A stretch of 64,000 bases of DNA from Scyliorhinus canicula (Eukaryota). A program made the position numbers and the translations under genes. This document shows positions 11,287 through 23,160 of this stretch, piece by piece; position 1 is the first letter of the stretch, and every line of letters starts with the position of its first letter. Under the pieces are notes generated by a model. It did no database searches. It was not told the DNA's origin and saw only the letters and a program-made list of their open reading frames with translations. Location: positions 4,414,018 to 4,478,017 of the forward strand of contig NC_052159.1 of the NCBI RefSeq assembly GCF_902713615.1. The letters are read 5' to 3'.

Positions 11287-14237
11287 GAATGCTAAAATTA
11301 GATTTTTATATATATTTTCAGAAGTGCTGTTCTGCATGGACTCCAGACCATGTCGCTGAGTAATCTTATCAAGTGTGATCACCTGAAGCATCAGAAGAAG
11401 AAGCTTAATTGATGGGCATAAACATAGCACAAGTGGATAGCATTGTGGCTTCGCAGCGCTAGGGTCCCAGGTTCGATTCCCCGCTGGGTCACTGTCTGTG
11501 CGGAGTCTGCACATTCTCTGTGCGGAGTCTGCACGTTCTCCGTGTGTCTGCGTGGGTTTCCTCCGGGTGCCCCAGTTTCCTCTCTCAGTCTAAAGACGTG
11601 CAGGTTAGGTGGATTGGCCATGCTAAAATTGCCCTTAGTGACCAAAAGGGTAAAGAGGGGTTATTGGGTTGCAGGGATAGGATGGAAGTGAGGGCTGAAG
11701 TGGGTCGGTGCAGATTCGATGGGCTGAATGGCCTCCTTCGGCACTGTATGTTCAAATGAAAAGACACATTCAAGTAAACAACATGAATATTACTTAATCT
11801 TGTGGTCCCTGTGATAAGAGTTGAGATTTGTTTTGGGGAAGGCCATAGAGCTGGCTTACACAAACTAAAATCAGGCCAAAAATTCATAAAGGGACATTGC
11901 TTGGGAGACTCGGGGCTGCAGCCAAGTGGAATAGTCTACTATGGATGATGGGAGGGGGTAGAGCCAGAAATGGAATGCTTGACGGTAGTGCCCACCCATT
12001 AGGGTTACTCTATGACTTGGTGATGTTTGTACCGAGGGGATGATAATGTGTGTACTAATTTGGGGGACCTGTTGTGGAACAGATCACATTCGGGGTTATT
12101 GTTTCTGTTTCAACAAACATAGAACCATAGAATTCCTACAGTGCAGAAGGCGGCCATTCGGCCCATCAAGTCTGCACTAAAGAGCACCTTACCCAGGTCC
12201 ACACCCCAACCTTATCCCCATAATCCCGTAATCCATCTCAGCTGCCGATCTTTGGACATGAAGGGGAATTTTAACATGGCCAATCCACCTAACCTACACA
12301 TCTTTGGGCTGTGGGCGGAAACTGGAGCACCCGGAGGAAACGCATGCAGATACAGGGAGGAAGCGCAAACTCTACACAGTCACTCTAAAGCCAGAATTGA
12401 ACCTGGGTCCCTGGTGCTGTGGGGCAGTAGTGCTAACCACTAACATCTGTCGGTTTTCTTTTCCTCAAATATATACAAGATGCTTTTTCTTTTCAATAAA
12501 GTTATCTTTCTTCCCTTTTATAAACTATTTTTCTTAAATATTCTTTATATATTCTCAGTTATAATTGTCATACTATTATAATTATTATGTGATATTTAAT
12601 TCAATTGTTTTCACACATTACTTGTCACAGTCGCTCATTCCAGTTACATCCAGAGTACAGCTTCAATCTAAATGAGACTCTGAAAGGGACCCTCAACTTT
12701 CATTCCCTGAAACCTCTCATCATTAGTAATTCAATCTCCATCTCAATTCATCCTGCTGTCTCTCCCTATCTCTGTTACTTCTTGCTCTGCAAACCTCAGG
12801 GATCTCGTGGTCTTTTAATTCTGGCCTCTTGAGCATTCCCAATTTCAACCTCGTCTAAACCTCTCCGCCTCTCGCTCCTCTTTTAATACACTCCTTACAT
12901 TTCAAGGTAGTCGCCAGAAAAAATGCAAAGACGAATTGGGATATTGAAAATTTTGATCAGACAACATAGGAATGTTTGGGGGGGCGGGGGGGGGGGGGGG
13001 GGGTAGAGTTCTGGGAACAGGGGGGGGGGAAATCGGGCAGTGTATTTTCTACAATAATTTTCCAGTCTCCAATGGAGGCAGTGATGGGGATTCAGAGTAT
13101 ATTTCCTGAAGAAACACTTTGCTGAACCACAGTAAACAGGTAAACAAACATGTGTAAATATCTCATTGGGTCTTAGAGCCAAGCCCAGACTGTCCCACCA
13201 GAGTCTCCGCACCGCAGCTACCATTGGTGCCTCAGAGGAAGAGGAGGAATCCGCAATCCTAATCAGAATGCGTCAAAAAAAGCCTGGTGAGACGTAGTAA
13301 GGACCACAAGACAAATGGCATGTAGTGAATACCCCTGCCACAATGCCTAAGATTTTGCTCACTTGGCCTAATATCTCCTTGCGTGGTTCGGTGTCAAATT
13401 TTGTTTCATTTGTGTCTGTGAAGTGTCCCTGGATCGTTTAGCATCATAGAATAGTTACATCACAGAAAGAGGCCATTCACCATTGTATGTCTGCCTACTC
13501 TTTGTAGGGGCTGGTTTAGCACAGTGGGCTAAAACAGCTGGCTTGTAATGCAAGGAAGCAGCGTGGGTTCAATTCGCGTACCAGCCTCCCCGAACAGGCG
13601 CTGGAATGTGGGGCTTTTCACAGTAACTTTATTGAAGCCGACTTGTGACAATAAGCGATTATTATCATTGTAAGACTAACTTCACCTAATTTCACTGTCC
13701 TGCCTTTCACCCGTAGCCCTGAAAATCTTTCCTTTTCAGATAATAATCCAATTCCCTCCTGAGAACCTCAGTTGACCCTGTACCCTCAGGCAGTGCATTC
13801 CAGATCCTAACCACTCACTGCGTAAGAGTTTCTCCTCATGTCTCCATGACAGCTTTGCCAATACCTTTCAGTCTGGGTTCTCTGGTTCTCCATCCTTCCA
13901 CCAATGTAGTTTTTCCTCACCTTCTCAGTCCAAATCCTGCATGATTTTAAACGCCGCAAACAAATCTCCTTCCAACCTTCTCTTCTCCAAGGGGAAATTG
14001 TCCCAACTCCTCCAATCTCTTGATGTAACTGAAGCAATAAAGGTGCAATATGAATACTAGAGACTGCAGGTGGTGAGATTTGCTGCTGTATGGGCAGAAA
14101 CCACAGGGCCACCAGAGAAACTCAACACCTTCTCATGTGTTGCAAAATATTGAATCAGAACCAAAATCAGATTGAATGGAGATGACAGACAGATATTGAA
14201 TGTTATAAATTCAGAAATAAACCTGCCCCTGACTGAC

Positions 14238-14290
14238 CTGCTGTGAAGTCACAACCTCAAGCCATGGGCGCCGCCATCTTTATAACCTTT
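14238..14290 (-). other. Putative first (5'UTR) exon of the LIPT2/OST4-like unit, with a 6-codon uORF MAAPMA*
   Basis: YY1/TISU-like AAGATGGCGGC with ATG at 14277 and TGA at 14257-14259, followed by donor CAG|GTCAGT at 14238. Lies at the left edge of the CpG island. The 5' end is not determinable. Confidence 0.6.
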
Positions 14291-14860
14291 AACCTTCCCG
14301 ATTTTTAAACCTAAACCTTTTATTTCCTGTCGGGTGTTTTGTCCCAACAATCCCCCCACCCCAACCCCCCGGGGACACAGACACTGACGGCGATTCCCCG
14401 GTGCTTTTGGGGTTCGGAGACACTGAGGCCTGGATGGAGAGTGGGCCTGGTTGCCAGAGTAACGGGCGGCCCCGCGGCCCCGCCCCCCGGGTCCCGGGTC
14501 GCAGGCCCCGCCCCCGTCCTAGGCCCCGCCCCCGTCCAAGGTCCCGCCCCATGGTTCAATCCCCGCCCCCGTTTCCAGCACCGCCCAACCGCGATCACCG
14601 CCAGCGCCCCGCCCCCCTGACCCCTCACCCCCACTGCCCCGCCCCGCTAACTCGTCACCGCCAGCGCCCCGCCCCGCTGACACCTCACCCCGACCGGCTT
14701 CGCTGACAACGCCCCGCCCCGCTGACATGGCGCCTCACCGCACCCAAGCGCAAACGCCACCCTGACCCCTCACCCTGCTTCGCGCCACTCCGCGCGATGG
14801 AGGAGCTGGAGCTGCTGGTGGAGAACATCGAGGAGCTGGTGGCGGATGAGAACAAGATTG
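14260..14860. promoter_or_regulatory. Bidirectional CpG-island promoter shared by LIPT2 and POLD3
   Basis: CpG-rich, with numerous GCCCCGCCCC (Sp/KLF GC-box) copies at 14470-14725 and a YY1 motif at 14270-14280. Sits between divergent ATGs about 520 bp apart. Confidence 0.85.
14797..14859 (+). CDS. POLD3: DNA polymerase delta subunit 3, exon 1
   Basis: MEELELLVENIEELVADENKI resembles human MADQLYLENIDEFVTDQNKI. Donor GTGAGA, phase 0. Confidence 0.93.
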
Positions 14861-16560
14861 TGAGAGAGAGCCGGGATAGAGAGAGAGAGAGAGAGAGAGA
14901 GAGTGCCGGGATAGAGGGAGAGAGCCGGGATAGAGAGACAGAGAGACCCGGAGAGAGAGAGAGAGAGAGAGAGCCGGGATAGAGAGAGAGAGAGGACCGG
15001 GATAGAGAGAGAGAGAGGACCGGGATAGAGAGAGAGAGAGGACCGGGATAGAGAGAGAGGACCTGGGATAGAGAGAGAGAGAGAGAGACCCGGGATAGAG
15101 AGAGAGACCTGGGGATAGAGAGAGAGAGAGAGAGGAGACCCGGGATAGAGAGAGAGAGAGAGAGAGACCCGGGATGGAGAGAGAGAGAGAACCGGGATAG
15201 AGAGAGAGAGAGAGACCCGGGATAGAGAGAGAGAGAGAGAGACCCGGGATAGAGAGAGAGACCCGGGATGGATAGAGAGAGAGAGACCCGGGATAGAGAG
15301 AGAGAACCGGGATAGAGAGAGAGAGAGAGAGACCCGGGATAGAGAGAGAGAGAGACCCGGGATAGAGAGAGAGAGAGACCTGGGGTAGAGAGAGAGAGAG
15401 ACCTGGGATAGAGAGAGAGCCGGGATAGAGAGAGAGAGAGATCCGGGATAAAGAGTGAGAGACCGGGATAGAGAGAGAGACCCGGGATAGAGAGAGAGAG
15501 ATCTGGGATAAAGAGTGAGAGACCCGGGATAGAGAGAGAGAGAGACCCGGGATAGAGAGAGGGAGACCCGGGATAGAGAGAGAGAGAGACCCGGGATAGA
15601 GAGAGGGAGACCCGGGATAGAGAGAGAGAGACCCGGGATAGAGAGAGAGATACCCGGGATAGAGAGAGGGAGAGAGAGACTGGGATAGAGAGAGAGAGAC
15701 TGGGATAGAGAGAGAGAGAGACTGGGATCGAGAGAGAGAGAGAGAGAGACCCGGGATAGAGAGAGAGAGACCCGGGATAGAGAGAGACCCGGGAGAGAGA
15801 GAGGCTGGGATAGAGAGAGAGAGACTGGGATAGAGAGAGAGAGAGACTGGGATAGAGAGAGAGGACTGGGATAGAGAGAGAGCTGGGATAGAGAGAGAGA
15901 CGGGATAGAGAGAGAGAGAGAGAGACCCGGGATAGAGAGAGAGAGAGTGAGACCCGGGATAGAGAGAGAGAGAGACCCGGGATAGAGAGAGAGAGACCCG
16001 GGATAGAGAGAGAGAGAGACTGGGATAGAGAGAGAGAGGGAGAGACTGGGATAGAGAGAGAGAGAGAGAGACTGGGATAGAGAGAGAGAGAGGAGAGAGA
16101 GACTGGGATAGAGAGAGAAAGAGAGACCCGGGATAGATAGAGAGAGAGAGACCCGGGAGAGAGAGAGACTGGGATAGAGAGAGAGAGACTGGGAGAGAGA
16201 GAGAGAGACTGGGATAGAGAGAGAGAGAGAGAACCGGGATGGAGAGAGAGAGAACCGGGATGGAGAGAGAGAGAACCGGGATGGAGAGAGAGAGAACCGG
16301 GATAGAGAGAGAGAGAACCGGGATAGAGAGAGAGAGAGAGACCCGGGTAGAGAGAAAGAAAAATCTGGGATAGAGGGGGGGAGAGAGAGAGAGAGACCCT
16401 GGATAGAGAGAGAGAAAGATCCGGGTGAGGGAGAGACACTTCCGGGAGACAGAGAGCGAGAGAGACCCGGGATGGCGAAAGAGCGAGGCAGAGACCCGGG
16501 AGAGGGGGAGAGAGACTCAGGAGGGGGGGGGGGGGGGTAAGAAGAGAGACCCCAGATAGG
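14860..16560 (+). repeat. Polypurine minisatellite, unit about CCCGGGATA(GA)n, filling POLD3 intron 1
   Basis: Directly visible; begins at the GTGAGA donor. Confidence 0.97.
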
Positions 16561-16623
16561 CAATGTTGTTTCTGGACTGACTTGGTACTGAATATATGGT
16601 TATATTTAAATTACTTTCTCCAG

Positions 16624-16679
16624 GTCACCTACAAGATGCTGAGCCAGTTCCTGGGCATTCATGTCAACCAGGCCAAACA
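16624..16679 (+). CDS. POLD3: POLD3 exon 2
   Basis: ctccag|VTYKMLSQFLGIHVNQAKQ|gtgagt; 56 nt. Confidence 0.95.
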
Positions 16680-17825
16680 GTGAGTTTGGTGACTTTAGTA
16701 AATCCCATCCGTGTCTCCTCCTCCCCATCATACAGTCTGGGCTATGATCCGCTTCAGGCAGTGCTGTGTATTGTACTGATCTGCATGGGCAGCAACAACA
16801 AATTGCATTTATATAGCAGTCCTTTATTTGGTAAAGCATGTTTTAGTTGGTGGGATTGGGGTGGGAGCAGATGGGAAAGAGATCAGCCTTGGGTACTTGC
16901 TGAGGATTTACTGACAATGGGAAGGGCCTGCATGTTGCTTTTTTGTTAGTATACAGTGAAAAGTATTGTTTCTTGCATGCTGTACAAACAGTGCATACCG
17001 TACATAGGGAAGGAAGGAGAGACTGCAGAATATAATGTTACAGTTATAGCAAGGTGTAGAGAAAAGATAAGACAGTTAGAATGAAGTTTTAGAAGCATAG
17101 AACGAGAGTAAAAGATAGAATTAGAACTGTGCACAGCTTTGCAAGAAGACGCCCCGCTCCGGCGCCATCTTGCATGTTTGACTTACTCCAGCCTAGGCAG
17201 TATCAGGGTTTTCGGTGATGCCTGTCATAGTCGCACAGTCCTGTATGGCAGGTGGAGAATATTCACTTGAAAGCAAAGAAAATTGCGTTCATAAAGTGTC
17301 TTTCACAACCTCGGATGATCGTGAAAAGTGCTTTATAATCAACAAAGTACTTTTGAAATATAGTCACTCGCATTGAATTGTGGCAATTAATTTGCACAAC
17401 AAGGCACCACAACCATATGTAAGACCGGTTAGTTGACAAGGTGCCTTATGGATAGCACAGTAGCCCAGTGGTTAGCACTGTTGCTTCACAGCAGTAGGGT
17501 CCCAGGTTCGATTCACGGCTTGGGTCACTGTCTGTGCGGAGTCTGCACGTTCTCCCCCTGGGTTTCCTCCCACAGTCCCGAAAGACGTGCTTGTTAGGTG
17601 AATTGGACATTCTGAATTCTCCCTCTGTGTACCTGAACAGGTGCCGGAATGTGGCGACTAGGGGATTTTCACGGTAACTTCATTGCAGTGTTAATGTAGG
17701 TCTACTTGTCTATGAAATAAATATGATTAGTATCTGCACATCCAGGCCTGACCACCAGATGGAGCTTCAGGCGAGCTTTTTCATTTTTGATAGGCCTGGG
17801 TGCCTATTGTGCAGGTTGTGCGATA

Positions 17826-18063
17826 TGAATGATGAGACAGAGTATAGGAATGGGATAGAGAATCTGGTGAACTGGTGCGACGACAATAATCTCTCCCTCA
17901 ATGTCAACAAAACAAAGGAAATTATCATCGACTTCAGGAAGCGTAGTGGAGAACGTGCCCCTGTCTACATCAATGGGAACGAAGTAGAAAGGGTCGAGAG
18001 CTTCAAGTTTTTAGGTGTACAGATCATCAACAGCCTGTCCTGGCCCCCCCATGCCAACACTAT
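17826..18063 (+). mobile_element. Rex1/Babar-like LINE RT fragment
   Basis: NDETEYRNGIENLVNWCDDNNLSLNVNKTKEIIIDFRK..VERVESFKFLGV. Confidence 0.75.
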
Positions 18064-18997
18064 CCGTCACGGCGCTGAGGACCCGGGTTCAATCCCGGCC
18101 CTGGGTCACTTCCATGTGGAGTTTGCACATTCTCCCCATGTCTGCATGGGCCCCACCCCCACAACCCAAAGAGATGTGCAGGTTAGGTGGATTGGCCACG
18201 CTAAATTGCCCCTTAATTGGGAAAAAAAGAACTGGATACTCTTCAATTTATTTTAAAAAAAATAAGCATTATTGTTTATTGAAAGGGGCATTAAATATAT
18301 TTTTTTAATACATTTAAAGTATCCAATTCTTTTTTTCCCAATTAAGGGGCAACTTAGCGTGGCAGATCAGAGAAGGTTTACCCGAGTAATACCGGGAATG
18401 GGTGGGTTGTCTTGTGAGGAAAGGCTGGGCTTGTATCCACTGGAGTTTATAAGAGTAAGAGGTGACTTGATTGAAACGTGTAAGATCCTGAGGAGTATTG
18501 ACAGGGTGGAGATGGAAAGGACGTTTCCTCTTGTGGGACAATCTAGAATCGGGGGTCACTTTAAAAACAAGGGTCACCCATTTAAGGCATGACAATTTGT
18601 TTTCTCAGTGTCGTGAGCCTCTGAAGCGCGCTTCCTCAAAAGGCAGGGTAATCAGAACCTTTGAATATTTTTAAGACAGACCTAGATAGATTCAACAAGG
18701 GGGGTGAAGGGTTATTGGGGGTATATACGAATGTGGGGGGTTGAGTTACTATCAGATGAACCATGACCTTATTCAATAGCGCGGAAGGCTCGAAGGCCAG
18801 TTCAGTCAGTGCAGTAGGCTGGCTGGGGCTACCTGGCTGTTACCATCTCAGGCAGCCAGTTCTCTGTCTTTTAGCCAGGAATTGTACAGCTTTTCCATCT
18901 CCCAAGTTGAGTGACCCGTTTTGTTTAAAGGTTTGGTTTGTCACAAGGGGGATTTGTACCTCTGTAACTGCCGTTCTCTCTTCTGTATGTTTGCCAG

Positions 18998-19100
18998 GAT
19001 GCTTTATTACTATGTGGAACGAAAGCGCAAAGAAAACTCTGGAGCCCAGCTCCATGTGACCTATCTCCTGTCTGGGAAAGCAGTTGAAAATGGAACTTCG
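18998..19100 (+). CDS. POLD3: POLD3 exon 3
   Basis: gccag|MLYYYVERKRKENSGAQLHVTYLLSGKAVENGTS|gtacgt; 103 nt. Confidence 0.96.
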
Positions 19101-20296
19101 GTACGTTTGCTGAATCTGCTCGGGGCCCAGAACCATCAGGGGCATTAGCAATCTTTGTTGTAGATTGTCAATTGTCAGGATGTCTTTCTCACATTCCCAC
19201 ACTTTCTATAATGAAATGCCCTGGAACCAATAGGTCATTCAGTCATCTGTCCCATTCTCCGTATTGAATATATTCAGTGACCCAAACTCCACTGCTCCCT
19301 GGGTAAGAGAATTCCAAAGACTTACAACCCCCTTGAGAGACAAAATCCCTCCTCGTCTCCAATTTAAATGGGAGGGCCCTAGGGTGGAACGTTGGCACAG
19401 TGATTAGCACTGCTGCTTCACACCTGGGTTCAATTCCCGGCTTGGGCCACTGTCTGTGCGGAGTCTGCACGCTCTTCCCATCTCTGCGTGGGTTTCCATG
19501 GGTGCTCCTGTTTCCTCCCACAAGTCTCAATAGATGTGCTTGTTAAGTGAATTGGACATTCTGAATTCTCCGTCTGTACCCGAATAGGTGCCAAGAGTGT
19601 GGCAACTAGGGGCTTTTCACAGTAACATCATTGCAGTGTTAATGTAAGCCTACTTGTGACACTAATAAAGATTATTTTTATTATTATTATAGATTCCCCA
19701 CAAGGGGATACATCTTCTCAGTGTCCACCTAGTGAAGCCCCCTCAGAATCTTATGTTTCAATAAGATCACCTCTCATTCTTCTAGACACAACGAGTAAAG
19801 ACCTAATATGCTCAACCTTCTCTCAGAACGCAACAGCTTCAATCCCAGAATCGGCCCCTAATGTTTAACCAATTTTTCAATGCCCTTTGAAATCATGTTA
19901 ATCCATTTCTGTTTCTATAAAATATGCTCCCAGGCAAGCTCAGTGTGATGCTCGGTCGCACAGAGCAGCCGGAAGGTCCAGGGTCCAACCTTGCTCTGCA
20001 CTGAACTAGCTGAACTCAGCCAGACAGATTTGTGTGCCGTCGCTGGGCTCAGTGCCACTGGGTTGGGGAGAGATCTGGTTCCTAATCACTCCCTGGGAAA
20101 ACAAGCATACCCAGCTCGCAAAGGATGAAACAGGCATCACGTCGTCAAAAAGGCTTTCTTGTCTGGGGCAAGGTACCAACAACTGATCAGGTGGCTGTGG
20201 CATTCTTCTCAGTTAGACGGTGGTGAAGGTGTGGAAAGGGATGTGAATGTGCTGTCTTGCTGGCCGCTCATTAACTACAGTGCTCTTCTGTTCCAG

Positions 20297-20336
20297 TGTC
20301 ACAAGGTGGCGGTGGTGAGGGAGGATCAACTGGAAG
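20297..20336 (+). CDS. POLD3: POLD3 exon 4
   Basis: ttccag|CHKVAVVREDQLE|gtaaga; 40 nt. Confidence 0.95.
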
Positions 20337-20727
20337 GTAAGAGCTGGCATCTGTAGTTGACCCAAATTATCCATATCTGTATACCACAGTCTGTCTACTT
20401 GTATGCTGAGGTGGGCAAATTCTGCTTCTTGCAACTATTGACTGCTGGCATTGCCTGTCGGGCTCAATATTTGGATGATGGGCGCTCTGTGGAAAGACCA
20501 ACAAAACTAGATTGTTCTCTTTTCCAGCACTGCAATTCTGCAACTCCTCCAATTCTGGCCTCCAACACATCCCCAAATGTAATCACTCCACTATTGGCAG
20601 CCATGTCTTCAGCTGTCCTTAGCTCTGGAATTCCTTGTTCTTTATCTCTCTGTCCTCATTTAAGACGCGCCTTAAAACCTCTACTCTTTGACCAAGCTAT
20701 TGATCATTTGTCTTAATACCTCCTTAT

Positions 20728-21412
20728 GTAGAACATAGAACATTACAGCGCAGCACAGGCCCTTCGGCCCTCGATGTTGCGCCATCCTGTGAAACCCCTC
20801 TAAAGTTCCTCTACACTATTCCCTTATCGTCCATATGCCTATCCAATGACCATTTGAATGCGTTTAGTGTTGGTGAGTCCACTACTGTTGCAGACAGGTC
20901 ATTCCACGCCCTTACTACTCTCTGAGTAAAGAACCTACCTCTGACATCTGTCCTATATCTATCTCCCCTCAATTTAAAGCTATGTCCCCTCGTGCTGGAC
21001 ATCACCATCCGAGGAAAAAGGCTCTCACTGTCCACCCTATCTAATCCTCTGATCATCTTGTATGCCTCAATTAAGTCACCTCTTAACCTTCTCTCTAACG
21101 AAAACAGCCTCAAGTCCCTCAGCCTTTCCTCGTAAGATCTTCCCTCCATACCAGGCAACATCCTTGTAAATCTCCTCTGCACCCTTTCCAATGCTTCCAC
21201 ATCCTTCCTATAATGCGGCAACCAGAACTGCACGCAATACTCCAAATGCGGCCGCGCCAGAGTTTTGTACAGCTGCAACATGACCTCAGGGCTCCGAAAC
21301 TCAATTCCTCTACCAATAAAAGCTAACACACCGTACGCCTTCTTAACAGCCCTCTCAACCTGGGTGGCAACTTTCAGGGATCTATGGACATGGACGCCGA
21401 GATCTCTCTGCT
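20728..21412 (-). mobile_element. CR1-clade (HER1-like) LINE 3' fragment
   Basis: LYKTLARPHLEYCVQFW..ALERVQRRFTRM..FFTQRVV, with a TTCTATG-type tail. Confidence 0.92.
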
Positions 21413-22359
21413 ATGTGGATAGGTGATATGTGGATAGGTGTTATTTCTTTTGAGGTCAATGACTTGGATATTGGAATAAAAAGAGCAAATGGTACTAAAC
21501 CTGGCAGGGACAGTGAAGATGATACCAGTTGACTGCTACAGCACATAGGCTTCCAGAATGGGCGAACAAGTGGCAGATGGAATTTAACACAAAGAAGTGT
21601 GAGGGGTACACTTTTGGCAAAAGGAATAGAGAGAGGCAATATATACATAATGGCACAATTCTATAGAGTGTGGAGGTACATGATGGTTGTGATGTGCATG
21701 ATCTTCGAAGGTAGCAGGACATATTGAGGGAGTGGTTAGCGAAGCATATGATAATTTGAGATTTATAAATTGAGGTATTTTGTACAGAGACGGAGTTATG
21801 CTGGCTATTTTTATAAAGCTCTGGTTAGGCCCCAGCTAGAAAAGTACATGAAAATGGCTTATTGTCACGAGTAGGCTTCAATAAAGTTACTGTGAAAAGC
21901 CCCTAGTCGCCACATTCCGGCATCTGTTCGGGGAGGCTGGTACGGGAATCGAACCGTGCTGCTGGCCTGTTTGGTCTGCTTTAAAAGCCAGCAATTTAGC
22001 CCAGTGAGCTAAACCAGCCCCTAAAATGAAGTTACTGTGAAAAGCCCCTAGTCGCCACATTCCAGCGCCTGTTCAGGGAGGCTGTTACGGGAATCAAACC
22101 GTGCTGCTGGCTTGCCTTGGTCTGCTTTAAAAGCCAGCGATTTAGCCCAGTGAGCTAAACAGCCCCTTAAACATCCACTTCTGGTCACGAGAATCCATGA
22201 GAGGGTGCAGAGGAGGTTACCAAAATGGTGCCAGGTATGAGAGACTTTAGCTGAAAAGTTAGGTCAGATAAGCTGTGTTCACAAGTGAACAGGTTTGTGT
22301 GACAAGTTTATATCAGATAGATAAAGCAAAGCTGCTTCCATTAGCTGATGGTTCAAGGA

Positions 22360-22585
22360 CGTCCCGACTGCCAAAGCAAGTCTTCTTTGCCCAGCTCAAG
22401 GAAGGCTTTTGAATAGGAGGAGGACAAAGGAAGCGCTTCAAAGGCATCCTGAAGGCTTACCTCAAGAAATGCAACCTAGACGGCAACAGCTGGACGGCCC
22501 TTGCTCAGAAGAGACCTCCTTGGAGGCACCTCCTGGTTGAAGGGCCACAATTCTTCGAGGACACCCGACTGCCAGAAAAGGAGCC
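22360..22585 (+). mobile_element. RTE-clade LINE 3' fragment
   Basis: RLPKQVFFAQLKEG..GGQRKRFKGILKAYLKKCNLD, with a stop. Confidence 0.65.
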
Positions 22586-23160
22586 CTGAGAACTATTTAA
22601 CGCAACGAGTGGCAATGACCTGGAACCCGCTGCCCATAAAAGGGATGGAAACAGAGACAATCAATAAATTTGAAAGGAAATTGGACACACGCTTGAGGGA
22701 AATAGATTTTGCAGGTCTTTCAGGATGTTGGATAATAGGACTGACTGGGTTGCTCTGTGGAGAGCCAGCATGGACTTGATGGGCAGTATGACATCCTGTG
22801 TGCCATAATGTCACCACGATTAATGCTCTTCGGCTGCACGGACAGTTATTGATAACACTTAATAGAGATTTTCAAAATGGTGGAAGGTTTTTAAAAGAGG
22901 GAAAACTATTTGCACTGGCGGGAGGATTCAGATGGCAAAGGAACAAAGAGAGATGAGAATCTTTTTACTGCGGAGTTGTGATCTGGAATGCGCTGCCCGA
23001 AAGACTAATGGAAGCGATTCAATAATAATTTTCCAAATGAAATACTTGAAAGGGAGAATTTGCTGAACTATTTGGAAAAAGGATAGCACGGTGGCTTCAC
23101 AGCACCAGGGTCCCAGGTTCAATTCCCGGCTTAGGTCACTGTCTGTGCGGAGTCTGCACG

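Noticed and set aside
13177-13290. Plus-strand AG..GT-bounded open segment, and minus ORF MVAAVRRLWW.. resembling a targeting peptide
   Set aside because: No recognisable homology, weak acceptor, and no convincing minus-strand donor linking it to LIPT2.
14685-16563. 584-aa and 597-aa minus-strand Ser/Leu-rich ORFs
   Set aside because: These are translations of the (GA)n satellite, stop-free only because of composition.
17135-17172. YY1 motif CGCCATCTTG in POLD3 intron 2 as an antisense promoter
   Set aside because: More likely the 5' end of a short internally deleted retroelement (about 16945-17172) flanked by TGCATGTT.
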